This document shows, one piece after another, positions 26,956 to 35,360 of a DNA stretch of 35,360 bases. The notes under the pieces are model-generated. The model saw only the letters and a list, made by a program, of their open reading frames with translations. It was not told where the DNA came from and did not search any database. The stretch spans positions 1-35,360 of IMG/VR virus record IMGVR_UViG_3300017909_004016, one strand, 5' to 3'. Source of the DNA: a virus. Lineage: Duplodnaviria; Caudoviricetes. Position 1 is the first letter of the stretch. Each line of letters starts with the position of its first letter. Both the position numbers and the translations under genes were made by a program.

Positions 26956-27575
26956 TGACTTTGATTAGATCTTACCAACCTTATTTAAATAAAAAGACTG
27001 TTAAAACCGGTGTACCCGTTGTTGGGGGGGCGGTTGGTCAATTAATGGCCTCAACAAATCAGCTTTCTAAATGTAAAGTTTTAAACCGTACTCATATCAG
27101 CTTGCTTTATGAGTATTTTGGTTTAAACGGGCAAGCTCTTGAGGTTGATGTTTTTGGATTCAGTTTTACTCAAGCCGATCCTTTAAACTTTTTTATACCA
27201 ACCTCACCCGAGGCAACTCACCTCGCTATTATTTTCAGGTATTACGGGCAATCAAACTCAGATAAAAATATTGATAACGTTGATATTAAAGTTGAACTTT
27301 TTGATTCATCATCAACCTTGATCGATATCGGTATGGATTTTGATTACGCATCTCATTTGCAATTGAGCGGCTCGGGCTTGTTTGCAATCAATGTACAAGA
27401 GAGTTTTACCGGTGCCGATCAATATGAGCCCCCAAGCGGGGGATATTCAGCCCGCACAACGCCCCGCCCGTTGTATATCCCATCGGCCAACCGGGGCGAA
27501 AATCTTTTGATCAAAGTAACATCACCTTATATGAACTTCACCGGGCTTGATGTATTGGAGTTAGTAGTAGCATGA
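26955..27575 (+). CDS. Minor tail / baseplate protein
   Basis: TGATG coupling places the start at 26955. Confidence 0.5.
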   Translation: MTLIRSYQPYLNKKTVKTGVPVVGGAVGQLMASTNQLSKCKVLNRTHISLLYEYFGLNGQALEVDVFGFSFTQADPLNFFIPTSPEATHLAIIFRYYGQSNSDKNIDNVDIKVELFDSSSTLIDIGMDFDYASHLQLSGSGLFAINVQESFTGADQYEPPSGGYSARTTPRPLYIPSANRGENLLIKVTSPYMNFTGLDVLELVVA

Positions 27576-30500
27576 GCATCTCTCAAAATAATGCAAGCCG
27601 AGTTTTTGTACTTGAGATTAAAGGTTTGCCGGTTCGATATTATAGCGGCCCCGAGCCAACAACACTCGCAACTCATATCGATTCAGGCTCTCAAATTGCA
27701 TTTACCAATATAAGAGCAATTACAAATATTAGCCCGTATCAAGCTCAACTTGATCCCTCGGGCGGCGTTGCTGAATATTCGCCTGTAACCGTATCTCTCG
27801 CAATGGATAAAAAGCGAGGGGGCTCAAATGATCCTCATGTTATTTTTGAGCGGTGCGGTTTAAGATCAAATATTACAAAAGCTAAGATTGAAGAAAATCT
27901 AAATCATGATGATACCGGCTCTTTCTTCCTTGATATTGATACCGATTTATCAAGCTTATCTTACCCGAGAATCATGCATATTGGGGCCGAAAGTGTAAAA
28001 GTTGGGGCTTATACATCGGGTAATTTATTGATTAGTGAGAGAGGGGTTGCGGGTACTCCGATTCAATCTCATGTATTGCAAAATGAGGGAATTAGTACCC
28101 CTGAGATTACAACGGATATAACAACATTTAGGGGGCGGCGGGCTTCATTATGGGTTGCCAATCAGTATAAGGATGGCACTGTATCAAACTATACTGAACT
28201 CATTAACGGCTTTATTGAGTCTTCACCGGTTGGCGATGGGCGTACAATCTCTCTTAATTTGTTGCCCTTGGTTTGCTTAGTTGATTCTAATGTTTTACCC
28301 CGAGCAAGCGAAACGGGGCTTTTACATGACTTTCATTATTTTGAAGCGGGGCGAGCGAATCAGATTGAATACATGGTTTCAAATGTAAATCGCATTTCAA
28401 TCAGCCCGGTAATTGATAATAGTAATAATCATGTTGATTTACCCGAGGGGGGAATTGAGTTTGATGATTTATTTGATATCACTCTTACCGATGATAACTC
28501 GGATAAAATATATTATCACCCTCGCTATCCATCATTTATTAGAGGTGATGAACAAGTTTTTGCTGAGAGTTATAGAGATCCTAATTCAAATGGGCGTAAT
28601 CAAGGCTTTTCATATCTCGATAGCCTTGGCGAAATTACAGCATTGCCCCCGAGCCCAAGCGGGCAAACCCCAACGGGTATGGGTGCCGGTACTCGAAGAG
28701 AGCTTAAACGTATTGAGATCGCAAGTGATGAGGTTGTGCAATGGCCCCGGGCTTTTAGAGATGCAATCAATACTAATTCACCAACCGCAATTAATGGTCT
28801 TGCCGGAGCTTGGGGCCGATTCAGTATTGTACCTAGGGGCGATTCTGATGAGATTTTAATCTCATCTCATGTATCTCAAGAGATCGGCATTGCTATTGAG
28901 TTTTGGAATCATACCAATACTTACCGTACTTCTATAACCTCAGATTTTGACCCAACGGTTATACCCGGTATGTATTGGGAAAACGGGGGCTTTCCTGAGT
29001 GGCATATACCTGATTTTGAGCGTTTGCATTATGGCTATGATTTTCAATCGATTGATTCAGATGAGTACCCATTTGAGCCGGTCTTGCCTCAAGAGTTTAA
29101 TCGAGTAACAAGAGCAACGGGGCGGGGCGGTTTCTCTCGCTATGAAAATACTAATCAAGAGCTCTCAGTATCATCATATAGAGTGAGAGGGGCGGCAAAG
29201 GGTTTTTATCAATTGTTTGAAAACTCAATCTTAGTGAGAGACTCTTTAGACTTGCCAACCTCAGCGGGCTCGGCAGTGTTTACTCTAAAGGTTGAATATT
29301 ATGATAGGCAAAATGATGAGATGAAGAGCCAAACTTTTTTGGCAACTCATCAAACCGCCGTTTCTTATGATGGCTCAAGCATTGGTTATAGAATCCATTT
29401 AAAGAGCCAATTCAACAATGATAATCGATCATTTGGAGATTGGCCAAACTTGCCGCCGGCGGTTATATCAATTGCTGATCGATATAGCTCGATCTCAGGC
29501 AATGAGGTTCTTTTGAGGATTTTGCAAAACGGGGGCGGCTCCGAAATCAACGGGGCCTTTGATCTCGGCGGCGTTGGGTTAAATCTCAAAACAAGCGATA
29601 TCAATTTACCCTCATTTGAGCAATTCTCAAATCTTTCAGGCATCTCGGCTTTTGATGGCGATATTGATAACACTATCAACTTGAGAGATGTTGTTGACCC
29701 TATTTTAAAATCAATGGGTGCCGCAATGGTTATGAAGAGAGATTTAACCGGTAAAAGCAAAATTACCCTTGTACCCATCGGGCTTGAGCAAACCGCCGGG
29801 GCCCTTGGTGATTTCAATGATACATCTCACATTTACGCAAGCCCGGCCCCGCTCTCGCTCATTTATGAAGATATTGTTACAGCAATCAACTTTAAACTTG
29901 ATTATAGAGAAGGCGATTTTAAACAAGAAATACTTGTAAATAATGCCGAGGCAATTGCTCGATATAATGAAGAGCAAAGAGAGATTACACTTGAATTGAG
30001 AGGGGTGAAAACCGAGGATATTGGCAATACATATCAAGAGATTCTTAATTTCTTTAAGCCGATTTTTGGGCGAATCTTTAGATTATTGAGCAACCCTCTC
30101 AGATTATGGCGTTTTAATGTTGGTACCGGTATCAGTATAAATACTGATCTCGGCTCTTATTATCGAGTTACATCAGATCATTTGAAAGGGTATGGTGATA
30201 CATACGGCATTTCAAGCTCAATCGGCATGATTCGCTCAATCAATCAAGACTTACTTGGCGAGGGTTGTGAACTTGAGGTCTTGCATACTGATTCAAGCGT
30301 TGTTGGTTGGCATGATTCAGGCATTATTTCAAGTGTAATTGATCTTGATACAGTTGAATTAAGTGCCAATGTTTATAGCGAATATGATCAACTTGGCAAC
30401 TCTACTCAAGATGCAAGTTGGTTTAGTGCCGGTGATAAAGTGCTTTATTATCCGATTGCAAATCAAGCAAATACAACTCAATTAACTATTGATTCAATAA

Positions 30501-30670
30501 GCGGTAATCAATTAACTTTTACCGCTAATCATGGTATAACAAGTACAGGCGGCATAATTACCCCTGATGTTGCGGGCAATGCAACATCAACTCAACTTGA
30601 GCAGGCTTATATGGCAAATGCATCAACCGGCTTGCTCAACGGATCTTTACAACCTCAGGAATATGTATGA
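27572..30670 (+). CDS. Large tail tip / baseplate hub-like protein
   Basis: 1032 aa in the tail operon. It has the IGAE......Y.....L..S.RG..GT...H motif common in phage tail proteins. Confidence 0.6.
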   Translation: MSISQNNASRVFVLEIKGLPVRYYSGPEPTTLATHIDSGSQIAFTNIRAITNISPYQAQLDPSGGVAEYSPVTVSLAMDKKRGGSNDPHVIFERCGLRSNITKAKIEENLNHDDTGSFFLDIDTDLSSLSYPRIMHIGAESVKVGAYTSGNLLISERGVAGTPIQSHVLQNEGISTPEITTDITTFRGRRASLWVANQYKDGTVSNYTELINGFIESSPVGDGRTISLNLLPLVCLVDSNVLPRASETGLLHDFHYFEAGRANQIEYMVSNVNRISISPVIDNSNNHVDLPEGGIEFDDLFDITLTDDNSDKIYYHPRYPSFIRGDEQVFAESYRDPNSNGRNQGFSYLDSLGEITALPPSPSGQTPTGMGAGTRRELKRIEIASDEVVQWPRAFRDAINTNSPTAINGLAGAWGRFSIVPRGDSDEILISSHVSQEIGIAIEFWNHTNTYRTSITSDFDPTVIPGMYWENGGFPEWHIPDFERLHYGYDFQSIDSDEYPFEPVLPQEFNRVTRATGRGGFSRYENTNQELSVSSYRVRGAAKGFYQLFENSILVRDSLDLPTSAGSAVFTLKVEYYDRQNDEMKSQTFLATHQTAVSYDGSSIGYRIHLKSQFNNDNRSFGDWPNLPPAVISIADRYSSISGNEVLLRILQNGGGSEINGAFDLGGVGLNLKTSDINLPSFEQFSNLSGISAFDGDIDNTINLRDVVDPILKSMGAAMVMKRDLTGKSKITLVPIGLEQTAGALGDFNDTSHIYASPAPLSLIYEDIVTAINFKLDYREGDFKQEILVNNAEAIARYNEEQREITLELRGVKTEDIGNTYQEILNFFKPIFGRIFRLLSNPLRLWRFNVGTGISINTDLGSYYRVTSDHLKGYGDTYGISSSIGMIRSINQDLLGEGCELEVLHTDSSVVGWHDSGIISSVIDLDTVELSANVYSEYDQLGNSTQDASWFSAGDKVLYYPIANQANTTQLTIDSISGNQLTFTANHGITSTGGIITPDVAGNATSTQLEQAYMANASTGLLNGSLQPQEYV

Positions 30671-31371
30671 GTTTAACTAAAAGAGAATTGATCGAACAAA
30701 AGAGAAAGCTTGAGGATGAGTTGAGGCGTACTGAGAGGGCCCTTAATTCATTAGCTCTTGATCTCAATTTAGAATATACCCCACCGAAAAGCGACCGCTT
30801 AGGCGTTGCTCAAGCCCCCGAGCAAGTTTTGCAAATCGCTGAGGGTGAATGGGCTTCAAATGTATCCGAGCCGCCCAAGGGTGAAGAGATGCCCCGCATT
30901 GATGGGTATATACGCTCAAATCTCGGCTTGGGTTGGTCAAGTGCTGATGTAAATCATTTAGATAAACCCGCCCCATATACTCGAGATTCTTTTAGTTGGT
31001 GCGGGGCATTTGCCGCTTTTTGTTACGGTAATATCACACCGCTCGCCCTGAGAAAAAAAGTCTTTCCATCTACTTATCGAATGTATGCCAATTGGGCTCA
31101 ATCAAGCCGCAACCGAGGCCGCTCAGATATTCAACCCGGCGATATTTTAACAGTATGGACAACCTCAAACTCATCAGTAAGAGGCAAATTCCATTATGGT
31201 CAACATATTGTACTTTGTGAGTATGTTGATGGAGATGAGATTTATACGATTGAGGGCAATGCAAAGGGAGAGTTGGGCGATGGCTCAACCGGTGAGGGCG
31301 TAATTAAACGTACTCGATCGATCAAGGATGTTGCTTATGTATACCGCTTATTAGGAGAGGATTTATGTTAA
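30667..31371 (+). CDS. CHAP-family endolysin / peptidoglycan hydrolase
   Basis: SWCGAFAAFCY (catalytic Cys), QPGDI, GQHIVL (His) and TIEGN. Confidence 0.85.
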   Translation: MSLTKRELIEQKRKLEDELRRTERALNSLALDLNLEYTPPKSDRLGVAQAPEQVLQIAEGEWASNVSEPPKGEEMPRIDGYIRSNLGLGWSSADVNHLDKPAPYTRDSFSWCGAFAAFCYGNITPLALRKKVFPSTYRMYANWAQSSRNRGRSDIQPGDILTVWTTSNSSVRGKFHYGQHIVLCEYVDGDEIYTIEGNAKGELGDGSTGEGVIKRTRSIKDVAYVYRLLGEDLC

Positions 31372-31556
31372 AGTTAATTGGAGGGCGTAAAATGCTCGCC
31401 TTTTTCGCTTGTTTGATTGCCGTTGTTGGGCTTGCCGCTTTTGATAAAGCAGAGTCTCATGTACTTACCTCAATTGATGGCTTATTGCTTTTTTTAGTAG
31501 GCTCGAATGTAGCTTCAAAACGTGTTTCAAAACCTGAGGATAAAACGAATGAATAA
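31365..31556 (+). CDS. Holin (two TM helices)
   Basis: 63 aa with GGRK followed by two hydrophobic helices and a charged C-terminus. Adjacent to the endolysin. Confidence 0.7.
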   Translation: MLKLIGGRKMLAFFACLIAVVGLAAFDKAESHVLTSIDGLLLFLVGSNVASKRVSKPEDKTNE

Positions 31557-31935
31557 ACTAAAATCTCAATATCCAATTACAACCGGACAATTTATCGGCT
31601 CTTATAATGCATCAAGCGTAAATGATACTGATTGGCATGATTTAAGCTCAACCGACTTTTATGATACATCAACGGGCTCTCAATTCCCTTCAACACTACG
31701 TTTTTCAAATATTGCCGTTTATTCAAGCAACTCATCTCTTTTGAGTTATGTAAAGTTTCGAGCTCGGGTTGCCGCCGGTGATGGCGTTGCCAATACCGAT
31801 GGAGTTTTGCCGGTTGCCTCTTCCTTTGTGTATGACCTTCAAACGCTTGAAGCTGATAACCCCGCAACAATCGCATATAAAAAAGCGGCGGGCGGTGATA
31901 CATTTACAATCATTGCGAGCTTTGTGAGAGTGTAA
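31549..31935 (+). CDS. Hypothetical virion protein upstream of the fibre
   Basis: GAGGA RBS supports ATG at 31549. Beta-rich. Confidence 0.55.
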   Translation: MNKLKSQYPITTGQFIGSYNASSVNDTDWHDLSSTDFYDTSTGSQFPSTLRFSNIAVYSSNSSLLSYVKFRARVAAGDGVANTDGVLPVASSFVYDLQTLEADNPATIAYKKAAGGDTFTIIASFVRV

Positions 31936-31936
31936 A

Positions 31937-34321
31937 ATGAGTATAAAAATTGATGGATTTCCACCGAGTACTGCCGGTGTAACCGGTGCCCTTGTTTACA
32001 AAGGCTCTCTTGATCCGGCGGCATTGCCCGGTGATATCACCTCAGCAAACAAGGGCGATTTCTATATTATTGAGGCGGCGGGTACAATTGCAACCGTTGC
32101 AGTAAATATTAATGATCACATTGTTTTCAATCGAGATGCCTCAAACCCATTAACTGCGGCAATGTTTGATAAAATTGATAATACCGAGCCAACGGCAAGC
32201 GAAACGGTTGCCGGTATCATTGAGATTGCAACCGATGTTGAGGCGGCGGCGGGTACTGCAAACAATAAAGCTCTTGTACCGAGCAACATTGATAATATTA
32301 AGCTCAATCAGTTGAATGATGTTGCGTATACCCCTGATGTAAGTATTGATGATTATATTTTAACATATGATCACAGTACAACATCTTGGGGAGCCGAGGC
32401 GGCACCAACGGCGGCGGCGGCAAGTACAACCGTTGCCGGTGTAATCGAGATTGCAACGAATGGCGAGGCAACGGCGGCAAGTGCTCTCGATAAAGCCCTT
32501 GTACCGGGCAATCTTGGCTCAATCAATATCTCAACATTCAACAATGATTCAGGGTTTATTACTTCATACACCGAAACCGATACTCTTAATGATGTTGTTG
32601 GGCGAGGGGCAACAACCGCAACGGCCATCCAAACGGGCGGGCTTACTGTGAGCGGTGACATTGATCCGAGTGCAAATAATACTCACTCGATCGGCGATGA
32701 ATCAAACCGCTTTATTTCATATTATGGAGATGTAAACGGGGCATTGAGATTCAAAGCTAAGAATGATTCAGGCGGCCAATTGACAAAAGGTCAAGCTGTA
32801 TACATTAAGGGCATCTCGGGTACTGTACCAACGGTTGATAAGGCCCGGGCAAATGCCGCCGGCACAATGCCCGCTTTTGGTTTAGTATATGCAAATGCAA
32901 ATGATCAAGCTGAGGTACAGATTATTACATTCGGTAATTTAAGCGATTTTAATACCTCATCATTTACCGCCGGTGATACTGTTTATATTTCATCAGCAAC
33001 CGCCGGGGCTCTTGTAAATACGCCGCCAACCGGTGAGAGCAATTTTATTCAAAATATCGGGCGAGTATTAAGAAGCGATGCAAGTGCCGGTATTATTAAA
33101 GTTGGCGGGGCGGGGCGTACCAATGCAACCCCCAATCTTGATCAAGATAAAGTATTTCTAGGCAATGCATCAAATCAAGCCGCATCAACCGCTTTAAGCT
33201 CAATTAACCTCTCATCATTCAACAATGATTCAGGGTTTATTACAGATATTGCGGCGGCAAGCGAAACGGTTGCGGGTAAGATCGAGATTGCAACCGATAC
33301 CGAGGCGGCGGCGGGTACAGCAACCGATAAAGCCCTTGTACCAAGCAACATTGATAATATTAAGCTCAATCAGTTGAATGATGTTGCGTATACTGCCGGG
33401 GCGGGTATTGATAACTATGTATTGACATATGATCACAGTACAACATCTTGGGGTGCCGAGGCGGCACCAACGGCGGCGGCGGCAAGTACAACCGTTGCCG
33501 GGGTGATTGAGATTGCAACGAATGGCGAGGCAACGGCGGCAAGTGCTCTCGATAAAGCGCTTGTACCGGGCAACCTTGGCTCAATCAACATTTCAACGTT
33601 AAACAATGATTCAGGGTTTATTACAGATATTGCGGCGGCAAGTACAACCGTTGCCGGTAAGATCGAGATTGCAACCAACGGCGAGGCAACTGCGGCAAGT
33701 GCTCTTGATAAAGCTCTTGTACCGGGCAATCTTGGCTCAATTAATATCTCAACGTTAAACAATGATTCAGGGTTTATTACAGATATTGCGGCGGCAAGCG
33801 CAACGGTTGCCGGTAAGATCGAGATTGCAACCGATGTTGAGGCGGCGGCGGGTACAGCAACCGATAAAGCCCTTGTACCGAGTAACATTGATAACATTAA
33901 ACTCAATCAGTTGAATGATGTTGCGTATACTGCCGGGGCGGGTATTGATAACTATGTATTGACATATGATCACAGTACAACATCTTGGGGAGCCGAGGCG
34001 GCAACCGGCGGCGGCGGCGGCTCTCGCCCGGCTGTAACTGAGATTACAAGTACACCGTACACAATTTCAAACCCCGCAGCCTCGGTTTTAGAAGATGTAT
34101 ATCTTTGTGATTCAGGTGCCTCGGTTGTGAATCTACCAACTGCAGTTGGTAATGAGGGCCTCAAGGTGCAGGTTAAAAACCGTATTTCATCAGCAATTAC
34201 AGTAAACGCACCAAACCCCGGTACTCAACAAACAATTGATGGCTCAAATTCTGTTTCAATCACAACTCAATATGAGTCACTTACATTTATTTCAGATAAT
34301 ACGAATTGGAATATAATCTAA
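31937..34321 (+). CDS. Tail fibre protein with modular repeats
   Basis: Six AS.TVAG.IEIAT..E fibre repeats, NNDSGFIT motifs, and a C-terminal VNLP.A....G....VKN...TIDG...W domain. Confidence 0.85.
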   Translation: MSIKIDGFPPSTAGVTGALVYKGSLDPAALPGDITSANKGDFYIIEAAGTIATVAVNINDHIVFNRDASNPLTAAMFDKIDNTEPTASETVAGIIEIATDVEAAAGTANNKALVPSNIDNIKLNQLNDVAYTPDVSIDDYILTYDHSTTSWGAEAAPTAAAASTTVAGVIEIATNGEATAASALDKALVPGNLGSINISTFNNDSGFITSYTETDTLNDVVGRGATTATAIQTGGLTVSGDIDPSANNTHSIGDESNRFISYYGDVNGALRFKAKNDSGGQLTKGQAVYIKGISGTVPTVDKARANAAGTMPAFGLVYANANDQAEVQIITFGNLSDFNTSSFTAGDTVYISSATAGALVNTPPTGESNFIQNIGRVLRSDASAGIIKVGGAGRTNATPNLDQDKVFLGNASNQAASTALSSINLSSFNNDSGFITDIAAASETVAGKIEIATDTEAAAGTATDKALVPSNIDNIKLNQLNDVAYTAGAGIDNYVLTYDHSTTSWGAEAAPTAAAASTTVAGVIEIATNGEATAASALDKALVPGNLGSINISTLNNDSGFITDIAAASTTVAGKIEIATNGEATAASALDKALVPGNLGSINISTLNNDSGFITDIAAASATVAGKIEIATDVEAAAGTATDKALVPSNIDNIKLNQLNDVAYTAGAGIDNYVLTYDHSTTSWGAEAATGGGGGSRPAVTEITSTPYTISNPAASVLEDVYLCDSGASVVNLPTAVGNEGLKVQVKNRISSAITVNAPNPGTQQTIDGSNSVSITTQYESLTFISDNTNWNII
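32193..34003. repeat. Near-identical A (~75 aa) and B (~49 aa) repeat modules in the fibre gene, order A-B-[unique]-A-B-B-A
   Basis: ~32193-32563 recurs at ~33255-33623. Module B recurs at ~33636-33782 and module A at ~33792-34003. Boundaries are approximate. Confidence 0.9.
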
Positions 34322-34812
34322 TGACGTATCTTACAACGGCATTAACTGATCAAAAAACAAATCTCAGTTTTCAAAAAACAACGGTTACAGCTCTTCAAAA
34401 TGTAACAACAACTTATACTTTAGTTGAGGGCGGGCAAATGACGTATACACCGAGCTCATCAAGTGCTGAGGTAATGATTGAGTTTAGTACTGCATTTTGT
34501 CGAAAAGATGCCGATAATTCAACTCTTTTTAGAGTGCAAATAGGCGATACAGTTGCAACCCTTGGGGATGTAGTGACCGATAATACTGATTATTTCAACG
34601 GATTCGGCGGCACTACAGCCTCATTTATTGTAAATACCTCAGATTTAATTACATTGAAATATAAATTAGCCGGTTGGAGCGGTGCCAAAATTATTCAAAT
34701 TCAGTGCAAATGTATTGCGGGTAATTTAGAGAGCGCAGTAAATGCAACCCGAGATAGATCAACATCAACTGCAAAACTCTATAATCCATTTATGATCATG
34801 TATGAGGTATAA
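34321..34812 (+). CDS. Putative tail-fibre-associated protein (first 'MTY' paralog)
   Basis: TAATG coupling to the fibre gene sets the start at 34321 (MTYLTT...). Confidence 0.6.
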   Translation: MTYLTTALTDQKTNLSFQKTTVTALQNVTTTYTLVEGGQMTYTPSSSSAEVMIEFSTAFCRKDADNSTLFRVQIGDTVATLGDVVTDNTDYFNGFGGTTASFIVNTSDLITLKYKLAGWSGAKIIQIQCKCIAGNLESAVNATRDRSTSTAKLYNPFMIMYEV

Positions 34813-34813
34813 T

Positions 34814-35326
34814 ATGACGTATCAAATTCAATCGACTTTTGATGATAATTTCAAAATTATAGCTAATACAAGCCCAACGGCATTAACGTTAAATACGAGT
34901 TATCAAGCCATTCTAGATTCAAATATAGACTATTTACCTTCTCCTAATTCGACCTATGTAGTCTATCAATTCTCAATGTATTTTGCTTCATCGGAAACCG
35001 GTGATACAGGCACTCTCGAAATAAATTGTTATGCAAAATTACAGTACAGTGATGATAATGGGGTAAATTGGAGTGATTGGGGTGATAATACTGATGTTTT
35101 TTTTGGATCGCCGGCAGCTGATGTAAGCCAACGCTCTACTATTGATTTAAAATTTGCGTTAAATGCGAGCGGTTGGTCATCAGTGAAACGATTGAGAATT
35201 GCTGCAAGAAATGAAACCGGATCAGATACAAGATTACATCAGCTTGAAACATTTTTTGATAGCAGCGGTGAGCGTACAGATACAAACTACTATAACACTT
35301 CAGTTTCATGCTATTCAGTAGATTAA
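34814..35326 (+). CDS. Putative tail-fibre-associated protein (second 'MTY' paralog)
   Basis: GAGG RBS before ATG at 34814 (MTYQIQ...). Same layout as its neighbours. Confidence 0.6.
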   Translation: MTYQIQSTFDDNFKIIANTSPTALTLNTSYQAILDSNIDYLPSPNSTYVVYQFSMYFASSETGDTGTLEINCYAKLQYSDDNGVNWSDWGDNTDVFFGSPAADVSQRSTIDLKFALNASGWSSVKRLRIAARNETGSDTRLHQLETFFDSSGERTDTNYYNTSVSCYSVD

Positions 35327-35360
35327 GAGGCAATTGTGACATATTTGAGAAGAAAAAAGA
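35220..35360. repeat. Terminal direct repeat (copy 2)
   Basis: Identical to 1-141. Confidence 0.95.

Noticed and set aside
12807-34164. Numerous antisense and alternate-frame ORFs of 60-160 aa in the ORF track
   Set aside because: They are shadows of long real genes, lack RBSs and have no recognisable motifs. Those in the fibre simply mirror its repeats.
31937-35326. Diversity-generating retroelement (TR/VR pair) in the fibre region
   Set aside because: No reverse transcriptase gene is present, all repeat copies are coding, and differences are not adenine-specific.
1-35360. Stop-codon reassignment or tRNA genes
   Set aside because: The standard code gives dense, coupled, full-length genes using all three stops, and no cloverleaf with T-loop consensus was seen in the short intergenic gaps.

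Overview
This window is a complete, circularly assembled tailed-phage genome of about 35,219 bp. Bases 1-141 are identical to 35220-35360, most likely an assembler k-mer overlap. It looks like a siphovirus because no sheath gene is evident. The early region (1593-11045) holds a stand-alone class II-type ribonucleotide reductase, a RecT-like annealing protein, one XRE HTH regulator, a lambda O/DnaC-like replication pair with iterons inside the initiator gene, SSB, a TerS-like gene and a nuclease-like/HTH orphan. The large terminase lies inverted and divergent from a long + strand late operon. That operon encodes a Mu-like portal, protease/scaffold, decoration protein, capsid, MuF-like protein, neck, tail tube, a frameshifted tail chaperone, tape measure, tail-tip proteins, CHAP endolysin, holin, a repeat-rich fibre, three tandem 'MTY' paralogs and spanin-like proteins. 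I recognised no integrase, DNA polymerase, reverse transcriptase, tRNA or CRISPR array. The most striking unannotated signal is a ~75-nt intergenic element (7790-7866) with its own extended -10 box and a GNRA-capped terminator. It carries two seeds perfectly complementary (8-13 nt) to the translation-initiation regions of six early genes, which makes it a candidate phage-encoded multi-target anti-RBS small RNA. All product calls come from motif recognition by eye; no database searches were run.
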